Shown: one piece after another, positions 13,725 through 26,501 of the stretch
Position numbering within the stretch: the stretch's first letter is position 1
How the letters are laid out: each line of letters starts with the position of its first letter
Source: Camelus ferus
Lineage: Eukaryota
Length of the DNA: 64,000 bases
Direction: 5' to 3'
Assembly: GCF_009834535.1 (NCBI RefSeq)
Contig: NC_045707.1
Location: forward strand, 60,390,001 to 60,454,000
Position numbers and translations under genes: made by a program
Notes under the pieces: generated by a model
Seen by the model: the letters and a program-made list of their open reading frames with translations, nothing else
Told to the model about the DNA's origin: nothing
Databases searched by the model: none

Positions 13725-14215
13725 GAATCAGCTAATGTTCTATGGTAGCAAGCAACAGAAATTGTCTTGGCAAATGTAAACAAGGGAAGGGTTAATAAAA
13801 AGGATATGGGGGAATCACAAAATGGAAGAAAGCAATGAAAAACTAGTCTTGACTACAGAAACCCAGCTGATTCCAGAAGGTCTCTGCAGTGTAAAATCCT
13901 TCCCTGGATTTTACACTGGTATTCAGGAGCTCCAACAATTTTCTCCAACCTTGCATCATTCCACTCAAGACTTAAAGCTGCATGAAACTCTGATATTATC
14001 ATGTGCCTGCATCTAGATGGTTCTTGAGTGATAAGAAAAAGGATCCAATAGAAAGGTTTCCAGAAATCACTTTACAATCCATGATGGCAGAGCAAATACT
14101 TGGGTTTACCACCACACCAGGACACAATGGAGAGAATTACTTTCCCCAAATACAATCAGAGTGTAGGTAGGAAGAGGTATTGGTGCTGAGGGGTCAACAA
14201 ATGATAAATGTTGTT
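13725..14215 (-). mobile_element. Old MaLR LTR (MLT1-type)
   Basis: Begins …GGTAGCAAGCAACAGAAA…, the antisense MLT1 3' end. Highly diverged. Confidence 0.55.
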
Positions 14216-16334
14216 CCAAGATAAAATAATACAAGATCTTGCACAACTTGAAGAGGATGGAAACTAAATTTTAGAAAGCAGAAACTGCTTATAAAATTAA
14301 GACAGTTGAGCACAATATGATTCTAAGTTGATAAAGTTTATATCAATTCTAAGAGTGACATGAATAGTTAAGGATTTATTGGATGATATTGTGTTAAATT
14401 AGAAACATGGCTGGAACATTTAAATTACTGAATTTCTTATAACTCTGGGGCATGGAAAGGAATAAATACTGATAAATTTATAGCCTTCATTAACTATTCC
14501 GAATGTTAAGAATGAAGTCATTCGTAACACCACAAGGTTACCCAGAAAATTAGCAAGAGATGGCAATTTAGAAGTGAGTATGTATGGGGTTATATTGTGG
14601 GATTCACCCATAAGATAAGTGGATTTGATCACAGCAGCCAAGATATCTGTTTAATGGCTAAAAAAACCATTAATAAAATGTTACTATAATTTAATTCAAT
14701 AAATACTCATCGACTCCTTACTGTATGACAGACAGTAACACAACTTTGAGTGAAGCCTAATCCTTGCCCTTAAAAATATTATACACTGATGGTGAAGGCG
14801 CACGTGCGTACACACAGACGCACAAAGATAGACATGAATGTCATCACTTTCATGGGTAACATTTCAAGCTTTGAGCTACAGCTACCCCTGCTCCTTTGAG
14901 GGTTGATGTTCACAGTCTCCACTGCAGCACTTCCAAAGCTCCTGGCTTTTGAGATGGTGGTTGGCCCACTTGGATCTGTTGGTTGGGTACTGAGAGCAAT
15001 GTTTTGCGCAGACGGGTATCACTGTCAGATAATCAACAAGTGATGTGCTGGTTGCAGACTGTTAGAGGGGACAGCCTCTTCCTCATTCCTGGTGTTTCCT
15101 TTAATGTTGAGAGAAGCATGACTAATGTAACACTGCTGACTCACCAGTCCAATTTTATGAGAGAGGTTTAAGTAGAGCCATTTCCCTATCTGATAAAATT
15201 GGGAAGAACAAACTGGGCATGCTCATGTCATCTCCCTTTTTCCTCTCGGGGGCAAACTTGCTTACCAAGAGTAGTGAGAGCAGCCAGTAACCTCATGGGA
15301 GAGGGAGGGAGAACCTGCCCTTCATCCAGCACCCCCAAGTGAGGACAGAAGGTCCATCTATCTCATCCGGGATTCTATAATGCATATTCTACATCTTCAA
15401 TTAGCATTTATCAATAATAGGGGTGATATTGTGTTTCTTGTTTACCACCTCTTGGTTTTATTTCTGAATTTGTTCAGAGTTCAGGCACATCCCACTATCC
15501 CAGATCATACCTGTCTCTGCCTCTCACCAGGTTATACTCCCTCCCTCTCCACTCCTCCCCCACATGAAGGGGCCCCAGCACAAATAAGAAGGACAGTTAA
15601 GGCGATATAAAATCCACAGTGGAATGGGACTGGACCTTCTGAGGCTGCTCACTCAGCTCTCACACGGTTCCCTGGTGTGGTGCCAAACAGCACCCGCTCT
15701 AGAGGATGGTGTGCAAGCTCTCTCTGGAGACTGGCTCCAGGCTTGTCTGTGCGAACCCTCCAGATGTGGTGTATCATCCTGGATCCCATCAATCTCTGTC
15801 TCCCACTTGTCTGTGTTCCCTCCACCTTGTCCCTTTCCCCCACACTCCGTCTAGGGAACCCTGGCTATGAGTTAGTTCTTTTATAAGTCATCAAATCTTG
15901 TATCAAATCTGTTATCTCTACATGGGTTCTTCCTATTCCCATTTCCAGGCTTTGAAACTCAAAGGTCAAGAGTCAACTTGTTTTTTGTCTCGACATGTCT
16001 ACTCTGTCACCCCTTCCCTGAGGCAATAGCCAGGAAATACTTAGCTGGCTGAATGAAGTAAAGGCCAAGGGGTTAGAATAAAGATGGGAAACAAAAACTT
16101 TATTCAAAAATATTATTCCAACCCACAGGTGACTAAGCAATTACAACTTGATGTCAAAAACAGAAGAAGTAAGCACAGAACACCACATGGATACAAATGA
16201 CAGCCATTTAATCCAGTGGACTTTGCGGGAGACATTAGGAAAAGCTTTGGGGAAAAGAGCATTCCAGGTCAAGGCTTGAAACTGTCAGAATAGAATCTGA
16301 GTTCTTGCAAAGGCATATATATTTGTGTGTGTGT

Positions 16335-17100
16335 TTGTGATGCAGAGATTCTTTAATTTGGGTTGAATGTTTACTTTTGGATTTGGAAAATTCCAACATA
16401 AATGTAGAAAAAAGAGTACAACGAATCCCTAATACCAAGTGTGTCACCAAGCTGCATTAATTACCAACTCATGGCCAGTCTTATTTCATTTAAACCACCC
16501 ATTTCCCCTGCCCAAATTACTTTGAAGCAAATTCTAGACATCTGAAAAGGTAAGGACTTATAAAATAGAACCTCAATACAGTATTACTAAGATTTCTTTA
16601 ATATCATTAAATAACCAGTCAGTCAGCATTCAGATTTCCCTAATCATATCCATTAAAGAAACACAATTGGAAGGTTCAAATCAGATTCCAGACAAGAAAG
16701 TTCATGCATTGTTTTTGTTTGATAGTCACGTTAAGTCTCTTTTCATCTATAGCTTCCCCCTCCTTTTTTCTATGGCAATTCATTTGTCAAAGAAATCAGA
16801 TTTGTTTGTCCTACAGAGTTTCTTACATTCAGGATTTTGATGAATAAACTCCTGTGGTGTCTTTCTATATATTCCTCTTTGCTCTCTATTCACCATAAAC
16901 TGGTAGGTAGACCTAAAGTTTGATCTGATAACATTGATTTTGTATGGCCCCAAAATACCTCATGGGCGGTCTTGTACACTTCCAATAGGAGTCATATAAT
17001 TTTCTAGGCCCCTCTGTGATGTTAACAAGCGCTGAAGATAATTGCCTAGTTTCATTATTTCATTAAGGGTTTTTATTTGTATTTTAGAGGTTTCTAACAA
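16335..17100 (-). mobile_element. L1MC-like 3' UTR fragment
   Basis: TTTGAAGCAAATTCTAGACATC…GGTTCAAATCAGATTCCAGACAAG…GTTTGTCCTACAGAGTTTCTTACATTC motifs resemble L1MC4/5. Confidence 0.65.
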
Positions 17101-18787
17101 ATTCCACAGAAAGAATTCCTGTTCTTCTGTGATATGGAGGAGGGTAAGTATTTCAGATTGACATACACCTTCTAACACTGTGGAGCTACAGTCAACAGAG
17201 TGAGGAAGAGAAGCCCTCAACAGCTTCGCCAGCTACTCTGAAATAAAGCTTTATAGTGTGTCGAAGAACACTAGTAAAACTCCTTTAACAGCAGGACTGC
17301 GATACCCAAAGAATGACGCTTAAATTGAGAACAGATTTAAATGCAGTTTCCAGAGCAATTCTACCATGAAACAGAGACTTCTGGAATTCTGATTTCATTT
17401 CCTTTATGCTCACTATTCAGTCACATTCCCCTAGATTCACTAAATAGGAATAAAAACCCATTTATTCCATTTCTATCCATTTGCATTTTCTTCGTGATAT
17501 GGACAGATTTCCCTCCCTCAAGTAGAAATTCTCCTTGTCATAAATGAAAAATCAGTTGGATTCATTTACAGACAGAGCTGTCGAAGATAAAAAGCACTGA
17601 ACGTGGAGAGCAAAGACGGCACCACGAAACAAGAGCGGCCATGTATTTTCTCACCCAGGACATCTGCGAGCAGTTAAGGTGGTGTAATCATTCTTTTCCT
17701 TTGTGCATCAAATTGCTAAGCCACCTGTTAAGGTTTCAGTATGACTCACCTCATGATGCAGACTGAGAATTTATACTAAATGAAGAATTGCTCCCAAGAC
17801 TAACACTTTTTAAAATACAGCATGGCTAAATTCATTTCTTATCTAACAGGCAGTAATGAAAAGCAATACTTCTATCACACTGGTTTCATAGATCCCAACC
17901 AGTCCAACAAAAAGAAAAGATTTGTTTTCCTGTATACCTCATGGAAGGCACAAATGCAAATGAAATAATAATCATAAGTTTTTAACCATCCAAGGAATTA
18001 GGATGAGGGGTGGGGGAGGGTGGGTTGGCAATTGTGAAAACAACAGATTTTCCCATCAAAAATATGAACACCATATGAGGTGCCTAAACTCACAGCTTGG
18101 CATTACATTACAAACCACTACTGAACTTACAATGTGTCACATTTCAAAGAAGCCTAGCTATGTTTTCAAGTGCAATCTTTAACACTTTGAGTTCCCTTTG
18201 ATGTCAGTTCTATCTCTAGTTTAGTGACTGTTTCTTAATAAGCTTATTTAAAAACACCAGTCATAACAGCTCTTCATTTCAGAAATGAGCATAGGAAATA
18301 GTACGATGCATGGTCATTAACTAGTTGTTTGCTTGTACCCTGCCTTATTCATGATGGATTTAAGACAGCTTCTAAAAACACATAAAATAAGGTGAGAAAA
18401 AAAGAAACAAAGAGAAAGCAATGAAGACATAAAACAGGTAAGAATGAGGCTAGTCCACAAAAGCTGTGTCTGTATGCTTCCAAGAAGGGTATGGCCCAAG
18501 CATGAAGAGACTTTTCTAAGATTCAAGGACATCACTGAATAAAGCAAAGGGAGGCTGACTAAATGTGGACATTGCTACTCAGGCCCTCATCTTGTGATAA
18601 GTTTCTCCCAGCCTATCATCACTTCTATGACCTTAAAACTTTAAGGTTAAAAAAATGGAGCACACAGTGGAAAGCCATAATTTTATCTCGTTCATATCAT
18701 CAACTCCCCCAGATTTCTTCAGAAATATTTCCCTTATCCTACACATAGTATAACTATCAAAGACCTTGGTATGCCCTTTGAGACTTT

Positions 18788-19123
18788 TGTACAAAATTAA
18801 TAAACAGAAACCACAGTTAAATAGAGTCTGGAGACCAGAAGGGGGCGCTCTCGTGTCCCAGGACAATAGCAGAGGCCAACAGAAAGAAGAAAGACTCTTC
18901 TTTCCTGGCAAGGACTCAGCCAATGAAAATTCAGACCCTTAGTTTACCACTGTCCTCTCAACTTCCTTTCCCCTCTATAAACGTGTTCTCTTTTCCTCAC
19001 CCTGGGGGCACTTGAACATGGCTTTCTATGGTTGCAGACCCTAAATTGCAATTCTTTGCTGATCCCAGATGAACCCATCTTTGTTGAAGAAATATCTGGT
19101 CATCTATTTGTTTTAGGTCAATA
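18788..19123 (+). mobile_element. ERV1 solo LTR with 4-bp TSD
   Basis: TG start, CCAAT near 18920, TATAAA near 18976 and end …TAGGTCAATA. TSD CTTT at 18784-18787 and 19124-19127. Confidence 0.85.
18835..18848 (+). promoter_or_regulatory. Candidate CTCF site within LTR
   Basis: CCAGAAGGGGGCGC differs at one position from the CTCF core CCASYAGRKGGCRS. Confidence 0.55.
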
Positions 19124-19439
19124 CTTTTAAGCCTTTTGAAGAGTTTCTAAAAATCAGAGTCTGGATTATTTAAACCATTTTCCCCTAATTTCAGCATGGA
19201 CAATTTTCACACCACATTATAACACCAGTGAGTCTTATAAAGGGTACTCCCTAAAGCTTTATTTGCCTTTGGCAGCTGAAAAGTCATTCATCCATCCATT
19301 GTTTTATTTACTCATAAATTCATCAATTTAACAAATATTTCTTGAGCATTTTCTATGTTCCAGAAGTGGCACTAGGCAAAATGAGGAAGGATGGATCAGG
19401 ATACAGTTTCTGTCTTTAAGGAGCAGAGCAGATGCGAGG

Positions 19440-19757
19440 CCTAATCTGAACCCCCTTTGTATCCCCTTCCCTATGAAGCACCACATCTACAAGACTTCCA
19501 GAAGCTTGGTGTTGTCATCTGACATAGTCAAATGAGACATGAGAACATATATGCTCGGATTTCTGGAAAAGCTTTCTTGATGAAATGAAAGGCTTCACTG
19601 AAGCAGAGACTTTGGCTCTGCAAAGGATCAGCTGCTGGACCAATGCGTGAAGCTGGTTTCTTTCATTTTGACATTTTGTATGTAAAAAAACTACCTGTGT
19701 AAGCCAACCTGAGTCAAATTTTCTGCTACTTGCAGCCTAAGGCATTCCTAACTAAAA
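19440..19757 (+). mobile_element. Old MaLR LTR fragment (MLT1-type)
   Basis: 3' end TAAGCCAACCTGAGTCAAATTTTCTGCTACTTGCAGCCTAAGGCATTCCTAACT resembles the MLT1 terminus. Confidence 0.6.
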
Positions 19758-20734
19758 TTGATGAACTCACAGTCTATCAGAAAAATTAGACACAGATAAC
19801 TGTTAGCTACAAAACAAAAAGAAAAAAAATGCTATTAGAGAGGCTCCAACAAAGTACTATTAGCTTTGAAAAATGTAAGTCATTTTTATCTAGGAAATAA
19901 TTGAGGAAGAAGATATGAATGGGAATGGGGAAGAAGAGGAGAAAAGGGAAGGTTTTTGCTTTTGCTTGTATACATGACTCAGCAAACATGCTTTAGAAAT
20001 AATTTGAGGCAGCACCTCCTTCTCAAGGCTCAGACAACACAACAGTCATCATGCAAAATGCTGAAACATGGCAGTGAGATTGGGAGATTAGGGAGAGAGA
20101 GAGCAATGAGGAAGAGTTAGTAATTTTGGACAGAGTTGGGGTAGCTGCACCGTGAACCATAACTTGGGGGAGAAGAGAATTTTTAGGCAGTTTTGGTAAA
20201 TGCTGAATAATGAGATTGCACCTTTCCTTTCTTTCTCAGACACTTCCATAATGATGTTTTATTTCTTACAGCTTTTGGAAATGGATGTGAGTTCTACTGA
20301 ATGAAATACTATACAAAGCAGAATCTTTAGGCAACTTAGCAAGGGCCAGAATATTCAAGTTTCACAAACGTTATCATAGTTAATCATTACAACTACTCAA
20401 TGAAAGTGTTTGTTTCTTTTTTAATATCAAGAACTGGGGCTCAAAGTACTAAAGTATTTGACTCAGTTCTTATCTTTAGAAAGTTGCATAGTGAAAATTG
20501 AATAGACTTTGCCCATTTCCAAAATCTGTTCCCTTTTTACTATACTATGTGGCCTGGAAGAAAAGGGAATGGAGAAAAACAGGAGGGAGGTGGATACAAG
20601 CAGGGCTGAAAAAAAGAATTCCTTAGACAGGAATTTCCCTGAAATTCCATAAGTATAACCAGAAGACAAAAGGAAGGTTTGTTATTCTGTATAGGGAAGC
20701 AAAACACACACACAGTTTTTTTGTTAGGTGAAAA

Positions 20735-20920
20735 GTAGCTATACTACCAAGTATCTGGGTAACCTTGGAGGATGTGCTTAACATCTCTGGCTCTCAGTTT
20801 TCTCATGTGTAAGACGAGTTACTGTGAGGACTCAAGGAGATAATGCATATATATATATAAAGTACTTTGCTGCAGTGTCCAGCATGTTGTAAGTTTCAAA
20901 ACTGTTAATTATTGCTATCA
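20735..20920 (+). mobile_element. MIR SINE
   Basis: ACCTTGGAGGATGTGCTTAACATCTCTGGCTCTCAGTTTTCTCATGTGTAA, the MIR core. Confidence 0.75.
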
Positions 20921-22147
20921 TCATGGTTACTCTAATTATTTCTCTTTGCTGGTCCCAATCAGTGCTCAACTGCAAGTGAGAATTTGTCATTGTGTTCCTT
21001 TTCTGTTCTTAAAGAAGATTCGTTTCCAAGAGGTCAAAAAAGGAAACAAGAGATGCTGACAAGCAATGGGAAAAAGTAATATCAGAAGAATAGGCTGCAA
21101 CATGAATGGTCTTGGACCGTCACCAAGATCAGGAGGACTTCACAGCAAATAGCATCCATGCTGCTCTTATATGGAGCAAGGCTCCTGGAATGTCCGAGCA
21201 GCCAGCCTTCTGGGGATGGAATGGAAGCTTTCACGGAGGGAGACTAAAAGGAAAACCAGAAGGTCGCAAAGGAAAGGGCCTCCCACTCTCCAAAAAGATA
21301 AAATTGGATTGTTTCTTCCTTGACTTGATGTTTAAAACACACTGAGTGAACTCAATGTTTTTAAAAGCATATGGACATGCCATAGTTTTTTGCTGACTGC
21401 AACACCTGAAATATTCCCCTAAAAATTTCTAAGCTGGATTTCCTTAAAATGTCTAACGGTTTTTTTCCCCTAAAAAAATGCCTAAGCTTGCAGCAGTTAT
21501 AAATAAACCCTTTGTTCCTGGGAATCCTAGGAATTGACTCTTAAAACTTTAAAGAATTTTGGTATGAGTCCCGTACAGTAAACTACACGTATTTCAGATG
21601 CACACGTTGATGAATTTTGATAGATGGATACACCAATGAAACCACCACCACAATCAAGACAGCTAACGTTTCCATCACTCCCCAAGAGGTACAAATTTCA
21701 AATTCCCAACCTATCCCTTCTAAAACTTTAATATAGTTGTAGCTAATGGTTTATAAACTGTTAAACAGTGAAACAAAAATGTCTGCTAAGAAAGAACGGG
21801 GACCCAGGAGGGCAAAGAGTTGAAGGCAGGTACAAATCTTCATCTATACAAGGCTGGGAAAAAGACCCTCATTAGATAATATAAGGCTGAGAGGAAATCC
21901 TCTGTGAGTGAAATATGAGATACAAAAGAACACTGTAGTAGGAGACCACAAGAAGAACAGACTTGTGAGGACCAGACCACCCAGTGATGGATGAAGTAAC
22001 AGCTGGCCACTGAAGTTACACAGCCTTCCATCTTTTCCACCTCTGGACCATTGTCTGGTCTTCCAATTTTATTTCTCTCCCTTGGTTTCAGTCTCCGAGT
22101 TTGGGACATACTGTGAACACAGCAATTTATTAATGTAGAAGTACTTT

Positions 22148-22268
22148 TAGAGCAGTGTGTTAATTAGGTTTATTTATTTATTTATTCTTGGAGGAGGTAC
22201 TGGGGATTGAACCCTGGACCTCATGCATGCTAAGCATGCGCTCTACCATATAAGCTATACCCTCTCCC
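22148..22268 (-). mobile_element. Camelid tRNA-derived SINE (vic-1-like)
   Basis: Reverse complement GGGAGAGGGTATAGCTTATATGGTAGAGCGCATGCTTAGCATGCATGAGGTCCAGGGTTCAATCCCC has A and B boxes. The 16-bp TSD AAT(G/T)TAGAAGTACTTT lies at 22132-22147 and 22269-22284. Confidence 0.92.
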
Positions 22269-22897
22269 AATTTAGAAGTACTTTAGATTTCAGATGTATA
22301 ATTTCAGAACTGGGAAGGGTTTGGGGAGGGTTGACGTGGTCCAGACTGGATCAACAGTCTCTTCACTTGGATGCTACCAGCACAGCAAGGAACCCTCAGG
22401 CTATGGGACAGATGGAGACCTGGCGAAATTGGCTGGAAAGGAAAGTAAGGGAAGGGGAAAGAGAGAAAGCAATGGAGTAGGACCACCGTGGGGAGTGGTG
22501 GCTACCTTTGTCATAAGACTTCCTTAAAGCTACTATAACTCAAAGTCTGGTCTTCTCCTGGGCTAGACTTTACCTAAGCCACTCCATATGCGACGGATAG
22601 TAAAGATATAAAAGAAAACTTGTGGTTGGAGGGAGTCTCAGTTTACCCTTCTGTGAGTCCTGCATCCTCAGTCAGTGCTTTGGTAATAGATAGGGGTCTA
22701 GTCTTCCCAGATTCTCAGCTCAGGCAAGTGGGCTATGTGCTCTTCCCACAGACCATCACTCTCGCCTAAATAAGAATGATTGTTTACTTGATATTTTACA
22801 GTTTTCAAAGCAATCAAGTTCCATGGTTATAAGGCTTTGGAATCAGACAGCCTGAGATCAAATCTTATCTTCTGGTTGTGTGACATGGGGGCAAGTG

Positions 22898-23585
22898 AAT
22901 TCATTCATTCAGCAACTATTTACTGAGCCATAATGTGGCAACTAGAGATAGAATAATGAACAAAACAGAAGTCCCTCCTTATCACATGGAACTTAAATGC
23001 TAGTGGGAGAGAGAGTGAATAGGTAAGTAACTATATGAATATTATACCATGATAGGTGCTAAAGGGAAAATATAAAGCAGAGGAGGAAGATAAGAAATAT
23101 TAAGGGGATGTGGCTTTAATTTTAGATAAGGTGACCAGGGAAGGCTTACTAAGAAGGTGGCTTTTTAGAAAAGAATGCGAAGGAAGAAGCCATGGTGACA
23201 ATCGGGGAAGAGCACTCAAGGAGAGAAAGTAGGCAGCACGATGGCTGTGAAGTGGGGCGGTGGGGGGAAGAGCCATGGGGGCTGCAAGGAGGTCAGTGTA
23301 ACTGGAATAAGCAAGAGAAAGAGGGGGGAAAGTGAGGCCAGAGAGGCAGCCCAACCTTGAGAACCTTGTAGAACAAAAGGATTTGGGCTTTTACTGTGAG
23401 TAATGTAGGAAGCCACCCAAAGGTTCTGAGCGGAAGAGTGACCAGATCTGATTCAAGTTTCCACAGGATCATTCTGCCTGTTGGGTCTTCGAACAGACTA
23501 AGCAGAGAGAAGGGTGGGGAAAGGGAAACCAGCAAGGAACCTATTGCAATAACCCAGGCAAAAGAGATGATGGCGTATACTGAGC
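22898..23585 (-). mobile_element. L2 LINE 3' fragment (preceded by a MIR fragment at about 22830-22897)
   Basis: TTCATTCATTCAGCAACTATTTACTGAGC…GGGAAGGCTTACTAAGAAGGTG…GGATCATTCTGCCTG…CTATTGCAATAACCCAGGCAAAAGAGATGATGG. Confidence 0.85.
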
Positions 23586-24148
23586 AACATCTTCGTGTGT
23601 CTTCTTCCTCATCTACGCAAGGGGTGTAGCAATGCTTGCTGCTTTGGACACTCCGTGAGATGTAGCGTTCACAGATGTAACAGACGGAGCGAACACTCAA
23701 ATATTCGCTCTTATGTGGTCTTCTTTGAATTTCTCAACTGGTCTCCTTTTATGGATACAGGAACTGCAGTTTAGGGGATTTAAATGACTCCTCTGAATAT
23801 CTGGAAAGGGTTACAGGCAGAACTTGAGCAGGGGGTAAGCCTTACAGTGTGACATGTTGCTGCTACTTTCAGGGAGTAACTCATTCAACCTCATTCTAAC
23901 CAATGTTTGCTCTGACTCTGTTCTTCAGATTAACCAGCCACCCAGCATCATCCTGTCCTTAGCTAACCCTGGGCCACAGAACAAGTAGGTTTGAGGGACA
24001 GAAAGAGATGCGGAGGGGTTCAGAGCAGAGGGTCACTCCAAATTAGAGAGGGCCCACCCTGAGCATTTAGAGAGGATAAACTGGAGATACTTTCGGAAGA
24101 AGGTAAAACAAAGGACTATAGAAAGAAGATGAAATAGAGGCATGTAGG

Positions 24149-24250
24149 AAAAGCAAAAAAACCCCCAAAACCAAAAAAAACAAAAAAACAAAAAAACAAC
24201 AACAAACCAACCAACCAAACAAACAAACAAACAAAAAAAAAAAAGGAAGA
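24149..24250 (+). repeat. A-rich (A)n/(AAAC)n tract flanked by a degenerate ~35-bp direct repeat
   Basis: Tract is directly visible; the flanking copies are at 24110-24142 and 24251-24286. Confidence 0.85.
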
Positions 24251-24544
24251 AAAGTACTACAGAGAGAAGGTTAAATACTAGAGGCAAATTTTACCTTCTT
24301 CAAAATCCTGCTCAGGGCTGTCTCTGCAGTTCTTTTTAGACTTTACAACCTTCTTCAATGACTTTACTTTTAACCTGCTCTGAGTTTTCCACATCTCTCT
24401 TTAGCATCAATAAAATGTGGATGCCCAATCACATTAAGAAACCATTACGGGGGCAGAGGAAACAGAGAGGGAAGTATACCTAAAATTAAGACCAATTAAA
24501 GAGCACGACCCTTGTAATCAGGAGCCAAGTAAGAATGCAGAGTG

Positions 24545-24676
24545 GAGGGGAGGGTACATCTCAGTGGTAGAGTGCATGCCTAGCACACACGAGGTCCTGG
24601 GTTCAATCCCCAGGACTTCTGTTAAAAAATAAATAAAATCAATAAACCTATTATCTCCTGCCCAACCCCCCCCCAA
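24545..24676 (+). mobile_element. Camelid tRNA-derived SINE (vic-1-like)
   Basis: GGGGAGGGTACATCTCAGTGGTAGAGTGCATGCCTAGCACACACGAGGTCCTGGGTTCAATCCCC. Perfect 14-bp TSD AAGAATGCAGAGTG at 24531-24544 and 24677-24690. Confidence 0.93.
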
Positions 24677-26435
24677 AAGAATGCAGAGTGATTTATCCTT
24701 GGAATGAGTTATTCACGTTAATTCTGTATTAGGAACAGGAGATATTCTTTTCCTTTCAAATCCTTTTCTTCAAAGGAAAGCTGTCTCATTCTTCTGCTTT
24801 AGTTATTAAAAAAAAATCTAGACTAACAAAAATATTCTTAATAAAAATGAGCTATCCTTGTGTTTGAAATATCACAACATATCTATTTCTGCCAGCACCC
24901 ATAGCAATAGTGTCTTCACCCACCAGTGTGCACCCTCCTCTTCATTACAAAGCTTAATGTGTGCTTATATTCATTAACAAAGGTAATCCTGGCTTAATCA
25001 GCATCCAAATTTACATGTCCTCCTTTGTAGCAATAAGCCCTCGGAAATTAATAAAAACGCCTTCTAATTTATGCAAATCACCATAATCAGATTTATCGTT
25101 AATTTTATGTGCATTAAGTTTCTATTTAGACAATGAAAAGAACTCGGCCAAGGCCAGAACACACACAAATCCAAGCCAGAAAAAAGAAATTTTCACTCCT
25201 AATAAAAATATGGAGAGTAGGGGGGCTGCATACTGGGATGAGACCTTTCATTAATTTGATAGCATAAGAAGCTAATGAGGCCATCTTCAAGTTATTCCAT
25301 TTCTTCCCCAGTTAAATTGATTCTGGAAGAGTCAGACACCTGGGGGTTGTAAAACTGTCAGAGGATGAGCCAAACAGCAAAGCCAGTCTTAGAAGGGGCA
25401 AGTTCATTTTTGTTGGACTGAGAAAATTAAACTTGGAACATCCCGCTCGAAAAAAGTTGACAGCTAAAGTAGTGTAAGAATCATAGTAACTGACATTTAA
25501 TCATTTTGCCTTCATCTTTAATGGACTGTTAGATAGTATCTTCCACATTTTTGCCAATAAAGCAGCAGTCATGGTTTGTGTGTTTGTTTTTTAAACAATT
25601 TGCTTTGGTAAATGTAATTAGGGGGTTTCAGCAGGAAGCCCCAAACATCCAGCCCAATTTTCATTTTGGTAACACAGGCAATGGGTCCCCAAAGATCTCG
25701 TTTCTTAGCAGTTGCATCTGCTCACCTAATTGACAATGCAGGAGGGAATGGTTGTAATTTGTTTTGTTTGGACTACATCAACAATTTGTTAAACATTTAT
25801 AACCACATGGTGTCAGGGATGGTAACTGTATAAATCCATACCAGTTCTTCTGGTGAGAACTTATAATTTCAAATAACAGACTGCCTTTTTCAGTGGTACT
25901 TATGGTACATTTGTAATTTTGAAATGTAATTCCCTCATGGTATCTGTCTAAATGGGTCTGGGAAATCACATTTCTGCTACAGGGAAGTCTTGAGTGGAGT
26001 AAGTTAGAATGAACAGGAAAGGAGAGAAAAATATACTTTGTTGGTTGAACCAGATGATATAAATCAGCCATTCTATGTCTTGCTTTCAAAGAATATCCAG
26101 CAAGAATTATCAAGAAGAAAAATGCTTTCATTTTCTTTTCCACTGGATCAGTGAGCTTGTATTAACTTGACAGCCTACTCTACCAAGTTTGAAAAATAAT
26201 TAAATTTAGTTAAATAATGTTTACAATTCTTTGCACATGTAAATGTTAAGTCTTGGGTCCTCTGTTACTATCATCTGTTTTATATTTATTTACACTGGGG
26301 CCAAAATAATTAAGCAGAGTTTGAGTAATTTAAAGTATACCTAGCTGGAAAACCTTATTTCTTTGAATTGAAATGAAAGATATCAAGAAAATTATTTCAA
26401 CCAAATCCAATTAATTTTACCCAAGACTGTTTCAC

Positions 26436-26501
26436 TGAACAGCTCCCAGAGGTGCCATTCACATCATTAGCTGTGAGAATGGCGCCCCCTTGAGTTGTGC
26501 A
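26436..26501. mobile_element. Palindromic MER91-like hAT MITE remnant with CTCF-like motifs
   Basis: Imperfect inverted repeat with ~29-bp arms (about 20/29 matches), containing AGAGGTGCCATTCAC and GAATGGCGCCCCCTTGAGTTGTGCA. Confidence 0.7.

Noticed and set aside
14887..15058. Minus-strand stretch with an acceptor-like CTAACAG and about 57 open codons
   Set aside because: Weak polypyrimidine tract and donor, no recognisable protein and no partner exons.
24545..24620. tRNA-like sequences with A and B boxes (also at 22.2 and 41.5 kb)
   Set aside because: They are SINE heads with tails and TSDs, not tRNA genes.
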